A DNA stretch of 47,890 nucleotides from Nemertoderma westbladi (Eukaryota > Animalia > Xenacoelomorpha): the NCBI GenBank assembly GCA_032718475.1, contig JAUCBJ010007197.1, positions 1 through 47,890 of the forward strand, read 5' to 3'. Position numbers and translations under genes: made by a program. Below, piece by piece: positions 47,886 through 47,890 of this stretch. The notes under the pieces were generated by a model. That model was not told the DNA's origin. It searched no databases and saw nothing but the letters and a program-made list of their open reading frames with translations. Numbering within the stretch: the first letter of the stretch is position 1; each line of letters opens with the position of its first letter.

Positions 47886-47890
47886 TTCCT

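Larger units (their letters stand above)
43289..47890 (-). mobile_element. 3' part of an LTR retrotransposon related to element B (element C), continuing beyond the window
   Basis: LTR at 43289-43828, minus-strand PPT next to it, a long minus-strand ORF and internal tandem repeats. Confidence 0.85.

Overview
Eukaryotic (probably invertebrate animal) transposon-dense DNA with no intact host gene. From left to right: a partial diverged LTR (1-525); a non-autonomous Transib-type DNA element with CACAGTG ends, a 5-bp TSD and an internal 154-bp satellite (1440-3720); an 11.8-kb BEL/Pao LTR element with an open gag-protease ORF but no RT or integrase core (element A, 3769-15574); RTE LINE fragments; a tRNA-type SINE whose 3' part is amplified into a ~61-bp array; a frameshifted LRR pseudogene; a second, truncated gag-protease-only BEL/Pao element on the minus strand (element B); Gypsy fragments; a hAT-like transposase pseudogene interrupted by a CR1/L2-group LINE; and the 3' part of a third LTR element (element C, LTR related to B). 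Three observations stand out. (1) Neither A nor B has a tRNA-type TGG primer-binding site; in both, the bases right after the 5' LTR are the exact reverse complement of a site inside their own LTR, suggesting self-priming. (2) Element C carries an uninterrupted ~843-aa ORF with a DEDDy-like 3'-5' exonuclease domain and three CCHC knuckles just upstream of its PPT. (3) The Transib ends resemble V(D)J recombination signals with 12- and 22-bp spacers. All family assignments are by motif recognition only; no database searches were run.
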